DNA of 64,000 nucleotides from Candidatus Latescibacterota bacterium (lineage in GTDB: Bacteria > Latescibacterota > UBA2968), in NCBI GenBank assembly GCA_965222605.1, contig OZ244960.1:1408001-1472000 (forward strand), written 5' to 3'. Position 1 is the first letter of the stretch. The number at the start of each line of letters is the position of its first letter. Under the pieces are notes generated by a model, which saw only the letters and a list, made by a program, of their open reading frames with translations, was not told where the DNA came from and searched no databases. The translations under genes were made by a program, and so were the position numbers. Below are positions 8,245 to 19,760 of the stretch, piece by piece.

Positions 8245-10035
8245 ATGGCAAAGAAAAAAGTAATATTTATGTGTACGGCATTTCGCGATGGTTTTCAGTC
8301 GGTTTATGGGGCGCGGGTGTTCACATCCGATTTTTTACCTGCGGTAGAAGCCGCACGCGAAGCCGGGATTGATTATTATGAAGCCGGTGGTGGGGCGCGG
8401 TTTCAGTCCCTGTACTTCTATTGCAATGAAGATGCGTTTGCAATGACCGATGCGTTTCGCGAAGCCGCAGGACCAGACGCCAATTTGCAGACCCTGGCGC
8501 GCGGGGTGAATGTGGTGGGGCTGGAATCGCAGTCGAGCGACATCATCAAGCTACACGCCGAATTGTTCAAAAAACACGGCATTACGACCATTCGCAATTT
8601 TGATGCCCTCAACGATGTCAACAATTTGATCTACAGCGGGCAGTGCATCGCAGATGCGGGATTGCACCATCAAGTATGTGTGACCTTGATGGAATTGCCC
8701 CCCGGCTGCACAGGCGCACACGATGCGGATTTTTATGAACAAACACTCCGCGAAATTTTAGATGCCGATATTCCATATCACTCAGTGTGTTTCAAAGATG
8801 CCTCGGGTACGGCTGTGCCTGCAAAAGTGTATGAGACCATTAGACGGGCGCGCCAACTGCTGCCCGACGGCACATTTATCCACTTTCACACCCATGAAAC
8901 GGCCGGGATCAGCGTACATGCCAATCTGGCTGCGCTGGAAGCGGGAGCCGATGCCATTGACCTATCGCTGGCACCGTGTTCAGGGGGCACATGCCAGCCC
9001 GATATCCTGGTCATGTGGCACGCACTTCGCGGCACAAAATACGATCTGGATATCGATATAGAGAAAGTCCGCGACGCCGAGGAAGTGTTTAAGGAATGCA
9101 TGGCGGATTACTTTTTGCCACCAGAAGCCACAGCGGTCGAACCCATGATTCTCTGGAGTCCAATGCCGGGCGGCGCGCTCACGGCCAATACGCAGATGTT
9201 GCGCGACAATGGCATTATGGACAAATATCCCGACATGATCAAAGCCATGGGCGACGTAGTGGCGCGGGGTGGTTTTGGAACATCAGTCACGCCCGTATCG
9301 CAATTCTATTTTCAGCAGGCATTTAACAATGTGATGTTTGGCCCGTGGGAAAAAATCGCCGAACCTTATGGGCAGATGGTACTCGGTTATTTTGGCAAAA
9401 CCCCGGTGCCGCCCGATCCCGAAATTGTGAAAATCGCGTCAAATCAACTGGGACTTGAACCCACAGACCAGCCGCCTTTGGAACGCAATGATGCCGATCC
9501 CGAAAAAGGAAGAGATGCTGCGAAGAAACTGTTGGACGCCGAGGGGATTGAGGCGACGGATGAGCACATCTTTATCGTAGCGACGTGCGGCGATAAGGGA
9601 ATGGACTTTTTGAAAGGCAATGCCGAAATCGGCGTACGAAAAATTGAAAAGCAGAATGAGGCACCCGTGCCAGTTACCGACGGTGCAGCAGAATATAAGC
9701 TACAGGTCAATGGCAAATCCGTACGCGTGCAAATTGACGGCAATATCGCCACCGTAAATGGCACAGCTTATACAGTAGATATAGAAGATGCGGTACCTGC
9801 ACAGGCGTCAACACCTGCCAATGCCGAACCCGTAAGCGCGCAAATGCCCGGAAAAGTCATTCGGATTTTAAAACACGCAGGGGATCACGTCCAGGCGGGC
9901 GAAGCGATTCTCATTCTGGAAGCAATGAAAATGGAAGTCCAGATCACCTCTCCAAATGCGGGCACAGTCGGCGAAATGCCCGTCAACGTCGGCGATCAAG
10001 TATCCAATGGACAGACGCTTGCGATGGTGGGGTAA
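8245..10035 (+). CDS. oadA: oxaloacetate decarboxylase alpha / pyruvate carboxylase subunit B (carboxyltransferase + biotin carrier)
   Basis: FRDGFQS, FKDASG, HFHTH, SVTPVSQ; biotinylation motif EAMKM. Confidence 0.92.
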   Translation: MAKKKVIFMCTAFRDGFQSVYGARVFTSDFLPAVEAAREAGIDYYEAGGGARFQSLYFYCNEDAFAMTDAFREAAGPDANLQTLARGVNVVGLESQSSDIIKLHAELFKKHGITTIRNFDALNDVNNLIYSGQCIADAGLHHQVCVTLMELPPGCTGAHDADFYEQTLREILDADIPYHSVCFKDASGTAVPAKVYETIRRARQLLPDGTFIHFHTHETAGISVHANLAALEAGADAIDLSLAPCSGGTCQPDILVMWHALRGTKYDLDIDIEKVRDAEEVFKECMADYFLPPEATAVEPMILWSPMPGGALTANTQMLRDNGIMDKYPDMIKAMGDVVARGGFGTSVTPVSQFYFQQAFNNVMFGPWEKIAEPYGQMVLGYFGKTPVPPDPEIVKIASNQLGLEPTDQPPLERNDADPEKGRDAAKKLLDAEGIEATDEHIFIVATCGDKGMDFLKGNAEIGVRKIEKQNEAPVPVTDGAAEYKLQVNGKSVRVQIDGNIATVNGTAYTVDIEDAVPAQASTPANAEPVSAQMPGKVIRILKHAGDHVQAGEAILILEAMKMEVQITSPNAGTVGEMPVNVGDQVSNGQTLAMVG

Positions 10036-10045
10036 AACGCCCCCC

Positions 10046-10804
10046 TTAAATCGCCGCAACATCGCCTGCCCAAATCTCGCTCACCCGACCGTCTGACCCG
10101 CGCAACAAAAGCTGACCACAGTCGCCAAATCCCATGAGAACACCCGTTTTCATATCATCGCCTTCGCCAACCGAAATCTCCTCACCAATATAAACACAGC
10201 GATGCTCCCATGCTGTGCGGAGTGCTGGAAATCCCTCGTTTTCCCAGCGATCAATCCAGGGAGCAATGCCTGAGAGGATTCGCACGAGCACTTGTTCGAG
10301 ATCGTACTCGTGTCCCGTTTCAAGACGCATAGAAGTAACGGGACGGTCAATAAGAGCCGCAGTCGTCGCATCCATATTCACGTTGAGACCAATACCAATA
10401 ACAATTGCCGTACCATCGGGTTGTTTTTGGTCGCTGCGCTCGAGGAGCATGCCGCAAATTTTGGCGCGGTCAATCAACACATCATTGGGCCACTTGGTGC
10501 GCGTACTTATCCCATAAGTTTTCAGTGCATCGGATACACCCAGCGCAATGGCAATGGGAAGGGAAGCCAATTGGGGAAACGCGACTTTTGTGATAAGAAG
10601 AAAGGAAAAAGTGAGATTCTCATTGGCTCGTGCGATCCATTCACGCTGGTAACGCCCTCGTCCAGCGGTTTGCTCCCGCGCAGCGAGGACAAAGCCAGAG
10701 GAAAGCCTCTCACCTCGGGATAGACGTTGAAGAAGGTGCGTATTGGTCGAAGCGAGTTGGTCGTGCCATTCAGGCGTTAGAAAATTCATAGGAATTGGAT
10801 GCAT
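10046..10804 (-). CDS. birA: biotin--[acetyl-CoA carboxylase] ligase
   Basis: STN, QTAGRGR, KWPND, KICG, GIGLNVN; start uncertain (10804 or 10789). Confidence 0.93.
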   Translation of the reverse strand: MHPIPMNFLTPEWHDQLASTNTHLLQRLSRGERLSSGFVLAAREQTAGRGRYQREWIARANENLTFSFLLITKVAFPQLASLPIAIALGVSDALKTYGISTRTKWPNDVLIDRAKICGMLLERSDQKQPDGTAIVIGIGLNVNMDATTAALIDRPVTSMRLETGHEYDLEQVLVRILSGIAPWIDRWENEGFPALRTAWEHRCVYIGEEISVGEGDDMKTGVLMGFGDCGQLLLRGSDGRVSEIWAGDVAAI

Positions 10805-11025
10805 AAATAAATGTGATAAAATCTGACCCGTGCGCTCAGGTATTATCACATTTTTTTCGTTTGTCTCATAAGGGGTAAACACAGGTCTGCCTGTTTGCCC
10901 GCTTGACAATAGAATGGGAATGACACATACTTCACAAGGGCAGACGTAGAGCAGCGTATAGGCGCGCCTGTGTGTCTGCCCATCGCCGTATCTGCCTTAC
11001 ACATTTTAACAATTGGAGCCTGCTT

Positions 11026-12858
11026 ATGAAAACAGTTTTGTTCGCGCTGGTATTGAGTTTGTTGGTTGTCGCAATGCCATTGGCAGATCAGCCCAATTAT
11101 AAGGGCCATGCAATTTCGATGTATGGCGACATGAAATATGGGTCTGATTTCACACACTTTGATTATGCCAACCCCAACGCACCCAAGGGTGGTACCGTGA
11201 AAATGAGTGCCAGTGGCACCTATGATTCCCTGAATCAATTCATCCTAAAAGGTGTGTCGGCTTATGGCCTGGGGTTGATTTACGATTCATTGACAGAGCG
11301 CTCGCTGGACGAACCTTTTTCCGAATACGGTTTGCTCGCAGAGTCGATAGAAGTGCCACCGGATCGTTCATGGGCACTCTTCACTCTGCGCTCTGGGGCG
11401 CGATGGCACGACGGCAAACCCATTACCCCGGAAGATGTCGCTTTTACTTTTCAAACGCTTCAGACCAAAGGTAGCCCCAGATATCGCAATTATTATGCGG
11501 ATGTCAAACAGGTTGAAAAGGTTGGCGAACGGCAAGTAAAGTTCACATTTGGAGGAAAAGACAATCGGGAATTGCCCCTCATTGTCGGGCAGATGTTGAT
11601 TTTGCCCAAACACTATTGGAAAGGCAAAAATTTTGAAAAAACAACACTGGAATCGCCGCTCGGCAGCGGACCTTACAAAATTGAAGCACTCGATCCCGGG
11701 CGTTCAATCACGTATCGGCACGTCGAAAATTATTGGGGCGCGGATTTGCCCGTGAACAAAGGACGTTATAATCCAGACGTAATTCACTACGATTATTACA
11801 AAGACAGAACCGTTGCAACCGAAGCGCAAAAAGGCGGCGAATTTGATTTTGCCTTGCAAAACATCTCCAAGTCGTGGGCAACCGCTTACAATATTCCGGC
11901 TGTGGCCGAAGGCAAATTAATTAAGGAATTAATCCCCCACGAAAATGGCACCGGGATGCAGGGATTCTGGTTTAACACCCGACGTAGCAAATTTGCCGAT
12001 CCCAAAGTGCGACACGCGCTGGCTTATGCATTTGATTTTGAATGGACCAATACCAATCTGTTTTACGGACAATACACGCGTTCAACGAGTTATTTTTCCA
12101 ATACGGAACTCGTCTCGTCGGGATTGCCCCAGGGACAGGAACTCGAAATTTTGGAAGCATTTCGCGGACAAGTGCCCGAGGAAGTATTTACCACAGAATA
12201 CAAACCGCCCACAACAGATGGGTCGGGCAACATTCGCCAGAATTTGCGCGTGGCCGCACGGATGTTGAAAGCAGCCGGGTGGTCGATAAAAGATGGAAAG
12301 CTCACCAGCGATGCATCGGGCGAAACCCTGGTGATTGAGTTTCTGATCAACAATTCGCCTTCATGGGAGCGCATTGTAGGGCCGTATATTCAAAATTTGG
12401 AACGTTTAGGTGTCGTGGGCAATATTCAAATTGTGGATACATCGCAATATCAAAATCGCATTCGAGAATACGATTTTGATGTCATCGTATCCTCCAGGGG
12501 ACAGTCGCTAAGCCCCGGCAATGAACAGCGCTATTATTGGACATCGGCAGCTGCGGATGAATCCGGAACGAGAAATTATGCGGGCATTAAAGACCCCGTC
12601 GTGGATGCGCTGGTAGATCAGCTAATCAACGCGCCCGACAGAAAAACCCTCGTGGCGACCACCCGAGCATTGGATCGCGTCCTCCTGTGGGGTCATTACG
12701 TGGTGCCGCACTGGCATATCCGCGCACACCGCGTGGTATATTGGAACAAATTTGGCAAACCCGATATTTCGCCCAAGTACCTGGCGTCACTCTGGCTGTA
12801 TTTTCCCGATACGTGGTGGGTTGATGCTGCAAAAGAAGCAGCATTAAAGAAAAATTAA
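11026..12858 (+). CDS. yejA: ABC peptide transporter substrate-binding protein (YejA-like)
   Basis: Signal peptide; [23 protein letters not shown]; in operon with yejBEF. Confidence 0.92.
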   Translation: MKTVLFALVLSLLVVAMPLADQPNYKGHAISMYGDMKYGSDFTHFDYANPNAPKGGTVKMSASGTYDSLNQFILKGVSAYGLGLIYDSLTERSLDEPFSEYGLLAESIEVPPDRSWALFTLRSGARWHDGKPITPEDVAFTFQTLQTKGSPRYRNYYADVKQVEKVGERQVKFTFGGKDNRELPLIVGQMLILPKHYWKGKNFEKTTLESPLGSGPYKIEALDPGRSITYRHVENYWGADLPVNKGRYNPDVIHYDYYKDRTVATEAQKGGEFDFALQNISKSWATAYNIPAVAEGKLIKELIPHENGTGMQGFWFNTRRSKFADPKVRHALAYAFDFEWTNTNLFYGQYTRSTSYFSNTELVSSGLPQGQELEILEAFRGQVPEEVFTTEYKPPTTDGSGNIRQNLRVAARMLKAAGWSIKDGKLTSDASGETLVIEFLINNSPSWERIVGPYIQNLERLGVVGNIQIVDTSQYQNRIREYDFDVIVSSRGQSLSPGNEQRYYWTSAAADESGTRNYAGIKDPVVDALVDQLINAPDRKTLVATTRALDRVLLWGHYVVPHWHIRAHRVVYWNKFGKPDISPKYLASLWLYFPDTWWVDAAKEAALKKN

Positions 12859-12863
12859 GTGTC

Positions 12864-13970
12864 ATGGGATCCTATCTTTTCAGACGCTTTTTGCTATTTT
12901 TTCCAACCCTGCTCGGCGTAATGGTGATCAATTTTCTGATCATTCAAGCCGCACCCGGTGGGCCTGTTGAGCAAACCATTGCGCAGATACAGGGACACGA
13001 TGTGGATGCGTCTGCCCGCGTGGGCGGCGATGGAGGAGAAATATCATCCACTCAAGCCCAGCGACAGCGCAGTGAGGGATCAACGGGCAAATACCGCGGC
13101 GCGCAAGGGCTTGACCCCCAACTGATCGCGGAATTGGAGCGGATGTATGGCTTTGACAAACCGGCTCATGAACGCTTCTATCAGATGACATTACGCTATT
13201 TGCAATTCGATTTTGGCGAAAGTTTTTATCGCGATCAAACCGTCGTCGATATCGTCCTGGACAAAATGCCCGTGTCCATTTCCCTCGGTTTGTGGACGAC
13301 ATTGCTGGTTTACCTGATCTCCATTCCACTGGGTGTGACCAAAGCCGTGCGTGACGGATCCAAATTCGACGTATGGACATCGGGCGTGATCGTCATAGGC
13401 AATGCCGTGCCGGGATTTATGTTTGCAATCTTCTTAATCGTGTTATTTGCCGGTGGCAGTTATTTCGACTTTTTTCCATTGCGGGGATTGACCTCCCCCG
13501 AATGGGATCAGTTTGGCCTATTTCACAAAATCACCGATTATTTCTGGCACCTCGCACTGCCCATCGCATCCATGGTAATTGGTGGATTCGCCGGATTGAC
13601 CCTCTTGACCAAAAATTCGTTTTTGGATGAAATCAACAAACAATACGTCATGACGGCGCGGGCAAAGGGACTGGAAGAGCGTCGCGTATTGTACGGACAC
13701 GTTTTTCGCAATGCCATGCTAATTGTGATCGCGGGATTCCCGAGTGCATTTGTCAATATCTTGTTCACCGGTTCGCTATTGACCGAGATAATCTTTTCAC
13801 TCGATGGATTGGGCCTCCTGGGCTATGAAGCCACGGTCAACCGCGATTACCCGGTCATGTTTGCCACGCTTTACTTTTTTACCTTGCTGGGATTGGTAAT
13901 GCAATTGGTAAGCGACTTGACTTATACATTGGTAGATCCGAGGATTGACTTTGAAAGCAGAGAAGTATAG
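12864..13970 (+). CDS. yejB: ABC peptide transporter permease
   Basis: [29 protein letters not shown]. Confidence 0.93.
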   Translation: MGSYLFRRFLLFFPTLLGVMVINFLIIQAAPGGPVEQTIAQIQGHDVDASARVGGDGGEISSTQAQRQRSEGSTGKYRGAQGLDPQLIAELERMYGFDKPAHERFYQMTLRYLQFDFGESFYRDQTVVDIVLDKMPVSISLGLWTTLLVYLISIPLGVTKAVRDGSKFDVWTSGVIVIGNAVPGFMFAIFLIVLFAGGSYFDFFPLRGLTSPEWDQFGLFHKITDYFWHLALPIASMVIGGFAGLTLLTKNSFLDEINKQYVMTARAKGLEERRVLYGHVFRNAMLIVIAGFPSAFVNILFTGSLLTEIIFSLDGLGLLGYEATVNRDYPVMFATLYFFTLLGLVMQLVSDLTYTLVDPRIDFESREV

Positions 13971-15051
13971 CACTCACACCGAGCGCGAAGATCGATTTTG
14001 GGGTTTTCGGATATCGAGACTCACGCGCCGGCGCCTGGACAATTTTAAGGCAAATCGACGTGGCTATTACAGCCTGTGGTTTTTTCTCGTCCTGTTCGGA
14101 TTGTGCTTGCCAGCAGAATTTATCGCCAATGACAAACCCCTTTTGGTTCGGCACAAGGGGGTATTTTATTTTCCAGTATTAAAAGCCTATCCCGAAACGC
14201 TTTTTGGCGGCGATTTTGAAACCGAAGCCGAGTACCGCGATCCATTTGTGAAAGAATTAATTGAAAAGGACGGATGGATCGTCTGGCCCCCGGTCCCGTT
14301 TCGTTACGATACAATCAACTACGACCTCAAGCATCCAGCCCCTGCACCGCCTTCTACACAAAACTATCTGGGCACCGATGATCAGGCACGCGATGTAACC
14401 GCGCGATTGCTTTACGGATTTCGGTTATCGGTCTTATTTGCCCTCGCGCTCACAGTATTCAGTTCTGTGGTAGGCATTGCAGCCGGCGCAGTGCAAGGTT
14501 ATTTGGGAGGATGGGTCGATCTCATTTTTCAAAGATTCATCGAAATTTGGGGCGGATTACCCACCCTGTTTATCATCATCATTATCGCCAGCATTATTGA
14601 GCCAACTTTCTGGACTCTCTTGATCATTATGTTACTATTTTCATGGATGCGCCTGGTCGGCGTCGTACGCGCCGAGTTTTTGCGAGCACGCAATTTTGAT
14701 TTTGTACGCGCCGCACGCGCTTTAGGTGTCAATGATTTGACAATTATGTGGCGGCACGTTTTGCCCAATGCCATGGTGGCAACCCTGACCTTCTTGCCCT
14801 TTGTGCTGGTGGGGTCTGTCACCGTATTGACCTCGCTGGACTTTCTGGGCTTTGGCCTTCCGCCACCTTCTCCCTCGCTGGGAGAATTGCTCAATCAGGG
14901 CAAGCGCAATTTGCAGGCACCGTGGCTGGGTTTGTCGGGGTTTTTTGTTCTGGCAATTATGTTGTCGCTACTCGTATTTATCGGCGAGGCCGTGCGCGAT
15001 GCGTTTGATGTGCACAAGACCTTGTCGCAAACGGAGGGCAAGAGCGCGTGA
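13945..15051 (+). CDS. yejE: ABC peptide transporter permease
   Basis: [30 protein letters not shown]. Confidence 0.93.
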   Translation: MTLKAEKYSTHTEREDRFWGFRISRLTRRRLDNFKANRRGYYSLWFFLVLFGLCLPAEFIANDKPLLVRHKGVFYFPVLKAYPETLFGGDFETEAEYRDPFVKELIEKDGWIVWPPVPFRYDTINYDLKHPAPAPPSTQNYLGTDDQARDVTARLLYGFRLSVLFALALTVFSSVVGIAAGAVQGYLGGWVDLIFQRFIEIWGGLPTLFIIIIIASIIEPTFWTLLIIMLLFSWMRLVGVVRAEFLRARNFDFVRAARALGVNDLTIMWRHVLPNAMVATLTFLPFVLVGSVTVLTSLDFLGFGLPPPSPSLGELLNQGKRNLQAPWLGLSGFFVLAIMLSLLVFIGEAVRDAFDVHKTLSQTEGKSA

Positions 15052-16664
15052 GCTTGCTAAACGTTCAAAATTTGGGCGTGCATTTTCATCTCGAAGACCA
15101 CATAGTCGAAGCTGTGCGCGGCGTATCGTTTCACATTCAAAAAGGCGAAACCGTCGCGCTGGTAGGCGAATCGGGTTCAGGCAAATCCGTCTCGGCGCTT
15201 TCCGTATTGCAATTGCTGCCCTATCCACGCGCCTCGCATCCACACGGCAGCGTACAATTTGACGGAGAGGAAATGCTGGGCGCGCCGCAAGAGCGACTGC
15301 AACAACTGCGCGGCGACCGCATTGCGATGATTTTTCAGGAGCCGATGACCTCCTTAAATCCGCTACACACCATCGAGAAACAGATCGGCGAAACCCTGAT
15401 GTTGCACCGCAAAATGACGCGCGAACAAGCGCGCGAACACACGCTAAACTTATTGCAAAAAGTACACTTGCCCGATCCCGAGACGCGCCTCAAATCGTAT
15501 CCTCACCAGCTATCGGGCGGTCAGCGGCAGCGCGTGATGATCGCCATGGCCCTGGCCAATGAGCCGGATTTGCTGATTGCCGATGAGCCTACAACTGCGC
15601 TGGATGTAACGATTCAGGCACAAATTTTGAAATTGCTCAAATCGCTGCAAGACGAATTTGGCATGGCGATTTTACTCATTACACACGATCTGACAATCGT
15701 GCGGCACATCGCTGAACGAGTCTATGTAATGACGCAGGGGAAAATTGTAGAAGAAGGAAATACCGCGCGCATCTTCGAGCAACCGCAACACACATACACG
15801 CAAAAACTTTTGAACGCACAGCCGAAAGGGACGGCATCCGCGCTGAATGGATCGGCACCCACTGTGGTCGAGGCGGATAATCTGAAAGTGTGGTTCCCCA
15901 TTCAGCGGGGATTGTTGCGGCGCACCATCGGACATATAAAGGCCGTGGATGGCATCTCATTAACTGTCCGCGCCGGGCATACCGTCGGTGTCGTAGGCGA
16001 ATCTGGCTCGGGCAAAACAACACTGGGATTGGCCCTGTTGCGGTTGTTGAGCAGTCAGGGACCGATCGAGTTTAACGGACAGGGTATTCAGAGCCTGCCG
16101 AGCAAGGTACTGCGCCCCCTGAGACGAGAGATGCAAATTGTCTTTCAAGACCCCTTTGGATCGTTAAGCCCGCGCCTATCGGTCTTTCACATTATTGCCG
16201 AGGGGTTGCAAGTTCACAACATGGGAGGCAGCGATCACAAACGCCGACAACTCGTGGCGCAAATTATGGATGAGGTGGGGCTTGAAACTGAAATGATGGA
16301 CCGATTTCCACACGAGTTCTCGGGCGGTCAGCGGCAGCGCATTGCCATTGCACGCGCCATGGTATTGCGTCCCCGATTTGTGGTGCTGGACGAACCGACA
16401 AGCGCGCTGGACATGACCGTTCAGTCACAAATTATCGACTTGCTTCGGCGCTTGCAAAAAGATTACGATCTGGCTTATTTATTTATCAGTCACGACTTGC
16501 GGGTCGTGCGCGCACTGGCCAATGAACTCGTCGTGATGAAGGACGGCGTCGTTGTAGAACACGGCACAACAGAAACCGTATTTGCAAATCCACAAACAGA
16601 TTATACGCGAGAATTGATTGCAGCGGCATTTGATATCGATGTTGTCGATGGGGAGGTCCAATGA
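15048..16664 (+). CDS. yejF: ABC transporter double ATP-binding protein
   Basis: Two GESGSGK Walker A and two SGGQRQR signatures. Confidence 0.93.
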   Translation: MSLLNVQNLGVHFHLEDHIVEAVRGVSFHIQKGETVALVGESGSGKSVSALSVLQLLPYPRASHPHGSVQFDGEEMLGAPQERLQQLRGDRIAMIFQEPMTSLNPLHTIEKQIGETLMLHRKMTREQAREHTLNLLQKVHLPDPETRLKSYPHQLSGGQRQRVMIAMALANEPDLLIADEPTTALDVTIQAQILKLLKSLQDEFGMAILLITHDLTIVRHIAERVYVMTQGKIVEEGNTARIFEQPQHTYTQKLLNAQPKGTASALNGSAPTVVEADNLKVWFPIQRGLLRRTIGHIKAVDGISLTVRAGHTVGVVGESGSGKTTLGLALLRLLSSQGPIEFNGQGIQSLPSKVLRPLRREMQIVFQDPFGSLSPRLSVFHIIAEGLQVHNMGGSDHKRRQLVAQIMDEVGLETEMMDRFPHEFSGGQRQRIAIARAMVLRPRFVVLDEPTSALDMTVQSQIIDLLRRLQKDYDLAYLFISHDLRVVRALANELVVMKDGVVVEHGTTETVFANPQTDYTRELIAAAFDIDVVDGEVQ

Positions 16665-17632
16665 ATCAACTCGTTGATCAAAACGGTCACTTTATTCCGC
16701 TCACTTCGCTGACAGAGTGGAAAGAAAAACGCGCGAAAATTCTCGAAGGCGCGAAAAAAATAATGGGTCTTTTGCCGGGAGACGAAAAACGATGTCCGCT
16801 CGCTGTGGATTTGGTAGAAGAAGTGGATTGCGGCACTTATATAAGGCGGTTGATCACTTACGCCGCAGAACCCGGCGACCGCGCACGGGCGTATTTGCTA
16901 ATCCCAAAACAGGCTCTGGACGGACGGGCGTGTTCAGCCGTCTTGTGTCCACACCCCACGCATGCGACTTTGGGATACAAAACCGTAGTGGGATTGGGCG
17001 ATCGTCCCAATCGCGGCTATGCCAGCGAATTGGCCGAGCGCGGCTTTGTCACCATAGCACCGTCTTATCCCATGCTCGCGGGATATTGGCCCGATGTGTT
17101 TGGTCTGGGCTATGAAAGTGGAACCATGAAGGCGATTTGGGACAACATCCGAGCAATTGATTTGCTGGAAACACTGCCGTATGTAAAGCGGGGATCCATC
17201 GGGGCAATCGGGCACTCTCTGGGCGGGCACAATTCGGTTTATACCGCCGTCTTTGAGCCGCGCATCGGCGTTGTCGTATCGAGTTGTGGGTTGGATTCTT
17301 ACATAGATTACAAAGACGGCAATCTCGCTGGATGGACGCAGGATCGGTATATGCCAAAATTGAAAAATTACGTCCATCGGCTGTGGGATATTCCCTTTGA
17401 TTTTCACGACTTAATCGCGGCTCTGGCACCTCGCCCGTGTTTTATTGCCGCGCCTTTGCGCGATAGCAATTTCAAATGGCAAAGTGTAGATGCTGTTGCC
17501 AACGCTGCCTCGCGCGCGTATGAACTTTATGGTGCAACCAAAAATCTAATTGTCGAACACCCCGATTGCGAACACGATTTTCCCAACGCCATGCGCGAAC
17601 AGGCGTATCAATTATTTAAAAAACATCTTTGA
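16661..17632 (+). CDS. alpha/beta hydrolase (dienelactone hydrolase-like)
   Basis: GHSLGG nucleophile elbow, LAPRP, C-terminal HDF. Confidence 0.85.
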   Translation: MNQLVDQNGHFIPLTSLTEWKEKRAKILEGAKKIMGLLPGDEKRCPLAVDLVEEVDCGTYIRRLITYAAEPGDRARAYLLIPKQALDGRACSAVLCPHPTHATLGYKTVVGLGDRPNRGYASELAERGFVTIAPSYPMLAGYWPDVFGLGYESGTMKAIWDNIRAIDLLETLPYVKRGSIGAIGHSLGGHNSVYTAVFEPRIGVVVSSCGLDSYIDYKDGNLAGWTQDRYMPKLKNYVHRLWDIPFDFHDLIAALAPRPCFIAAPLRDSNFKWQSVDAVANAASRAYELYGATKNLIVEHPDCEHDFPNAMREQAYQLFKKHL

Positions 17633-17648
17633 TGACCAGAGAGACGCC

Positions 17649-18917
17649 ATGCAAAGCAAAGTTGCTGTTCTCCGCACATCGCCGCAAACTGTTTTTGAAG
17701 ACTACCACCGCTTGCTCAATCTGGCAGATTACCAGAATGTAATTGCCAGAGAGGTGGAAACCGCGCTCAAGATCAACATCTCATGGCACTTTTTCTTTCC
17801 CGGATGTTCCACAACACCATGGCAACTCGATGGTGTTATCCGCGCTATGAAACGGGATGGCTACGATCCCGATCTCATTCACGGCTGCCACAACCGAACC
17901 GTGGTCATTGATGCGCGTTTGGGCGAAAAAGAAAACAAGCACCTCCCTGTCATTGAAGCGCACGGCTTGAAAAATATACATCTCTACGAAGGCGAAGAAT
18001 GGATCAACGTACGCGATGCCATAGGCGACCTCACCGCAAAATTTCTCTGCCTGAACGAAGTCTATCCCAAAGGCTTTCACATTCCCAGACGCTTTATCGG
18101 TGAAAACATCATCCATTTTCCCACCGTCAAAACCCACGTCTTTACCACCACCACAGGCGCCATGAAAAATGCCTTTGGCGGCCTGCTCAACGAGCGCCGT
18201 CACTGGACGCATCCCGTCATTCACGAAACCCTCGTCGATCTGCTCATGATTCAAAAGAAAATCCACCGAGGTATCTTCGCAGTTATGGACGGCACTTTTG
18301 CAGGCGATGGACCCGGTCCGCGGTGTATGATCCCCCACACCAAAAACGTCATCCTCGCCAGTGCCGACCAGGTCGCCATCGACGCAGTCGCCGCCAAAAT
18401 GATGGGCTTTGATCCACTTTCAATTAAATACATCCGCATGGCACACGACCTCGGCCTGGGATGCGGAGATCCCTCCCAAATCGAAATTGCGGGTGATTTA
18501 GACGCCGCAGAAGAGAATTGGGATTTTGTCGGCCCGTACAAAAAAATGACCTTTGCCGCCAAAATGCAGCACAAGATCTATTGGGGATGCCTCAAAAAAC
18601 CCATCGAATGGTCGCTCAAAACCATCCTCGCCCCCTGGGCTTATATGGCTTCGGTGCTCTACCACGACAGTTTCTGGTATCCTTTCCATGCGAAAAACAG
18701 GATGCAGGATGTACTCGATAGCGACTGGGGGTGCCTCTTTCGCAACTGGGAACACCTCACCCCCAACGCGCAGGGCTTTCCCGATGTGGGCGACACCTCT
18801 TCCAAACTCAAAAAAACGAATCTGCAAGCCTTATGGGATTCGCTCGGCATCTTACGCGATTGCATTGTCGAAGCCCCTGAATTCATCCAGTCTAAAAAAA
18901 CAGATCATCGAAAATAA
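17649..18917 (+). CDS. DUF362 domain protein
   Basis: LKINISWH, PTVKTHVFTTTTGAMKNAFGG, DQVAIDA. Confidence 0.85.
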   Translation: MQSKVAVLRTSPQTVFEDYHRLLNLADYQNVIAREVETALKINISWHFFFPGCSTTPWQLDGVIRAMKRDGYDPDLIHGCHNRTVVIDARLGEKENKHLPVIEAHGLKNIHLYEGEEWINVRDAIGDLTAKFLCLNEVYPKGFHIPRRFIGENIIHFPTVKTHVFTTTTGAMKNAFGGLLNERRHWTHPVIHETLVDLLMIQKKIHRGIFAVMDGTFAGDGPGPRCMIPHTKNVILASADQVAIDAVAAKMMGFDPLSIKYIRMAHDLGLGCGDPSQIEIAGDLDAAEENWDFVGPYKKMTFAAKMQHKIYWGCLKKPIEWSLKTILAPWAYMASVLYHDSFWYPFHAKNRMQDVLDSDWGCLFRNWEHLTPNAQGFPDVGDTSSKLKKTNLQALWDSLGILRDCIVEAPEFIQSKKTDHRK

Positions 18918-18983
18918 TAAGCGGATAATCGCAAAGATCATCCGCCCATTCTACTTCAGCACAGGAAAAGCTATTTAGTGAGA

Positions 18984-19397
18984 TCAAATTTCTTCTGGCA
19001 AAGGGGGATGCAGGATTAGTCCTTCCACCCGTTCAAAATGCCGACGATTAAAAGTACAGAGTGCCAATTGATGATGAAGCGCAGTAGCAGCAATCAAAAC
19101 ATCAAAGTGTTCCAATCTCTGCCCCTTTTGCTCTAAACGCACTGTCCACTCAGCAAATAACTTACAAATTGGTCGCGTAACGTCGAGTACTGTAACTCCG
19201 TTCATAAAATTTTCCAATCCCAATTTGGCCTGTGCGGGTTTTTGAGCATGCACTATTCCGATCTCCAGTTCTGCCATGGTAATCATACTTACGCCCAGCC
19301 CTGCGGGTCTGAGTTCCTCAAGACGAGCAACTACTTGGGTCTGCCCACGCAAATATCCGATTACCCAACTTGTGTCTAATAGATATGCTATTACCAC
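18984..19397 (-). CDS. vapC: PIN-domain toxin (VapC family)
   Basis: YLLDTS, ITMAEL, FDVLIAATAL, TFNRRHF. Confidence 0.92.
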   Translation of the reverse strand: MVIAYLLDTSWVIGYLRGQTQVVARLEELRPAGLGVSMITMAELEIGIVHAQKPAQAKLGLENFMNGVTVLDVTRPICKLFAEWTVRLEQKGQRLEHFDVLIAATALHHQLALCTFNRRHFERVEGLILHPPLPEEI

Positions 19398-19639
19398 GAT
19401 TCTATCTCTGGGCGGGTTCTCAAGCGGCGCAACCTATAGATGTCTTCTTCAAGATGTTTATCTGTAATCTCTTTCCAACTACCAGCAGCAGCTTGGAAAC
19501 ATCGTATTTTTTTTTCTTCTGAAATATCAGAGCACGGCTCTATAATTATCATGACGTTTTCACCTTCAGACAAAACAAGAGGTTCTTCTGGTTCCAACAC
19601 ACCGTTCCGATACATTGCTTTGATTTTTATCGATTCCAT
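19391..19639 (-). CDS. AF2212/DUF104-like antitoxin
   Basis: IKAMYRNGVLEPEEPL; overlaps the vapC start. Confidence 0.88.
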   Translation of the reverse strand: MESIKIKAMYRNGVLEPEEPLVLSEGENVMIIIEPCSDISEEKKIRCFQAAAGSWKEITDKHLEEDIYRLRRLRTRPEIESW

Positions 19640-19760
19640 AGTGATTGTCCTTTAAAAAATACTGCGCATAATATTCTTTCCCCAAAATATACAACTATAT
19701 CTCGAATGTCAATCTGTGATCTCCGATTGATTTTTTCTTACGACTTGTATTCCGACTGCC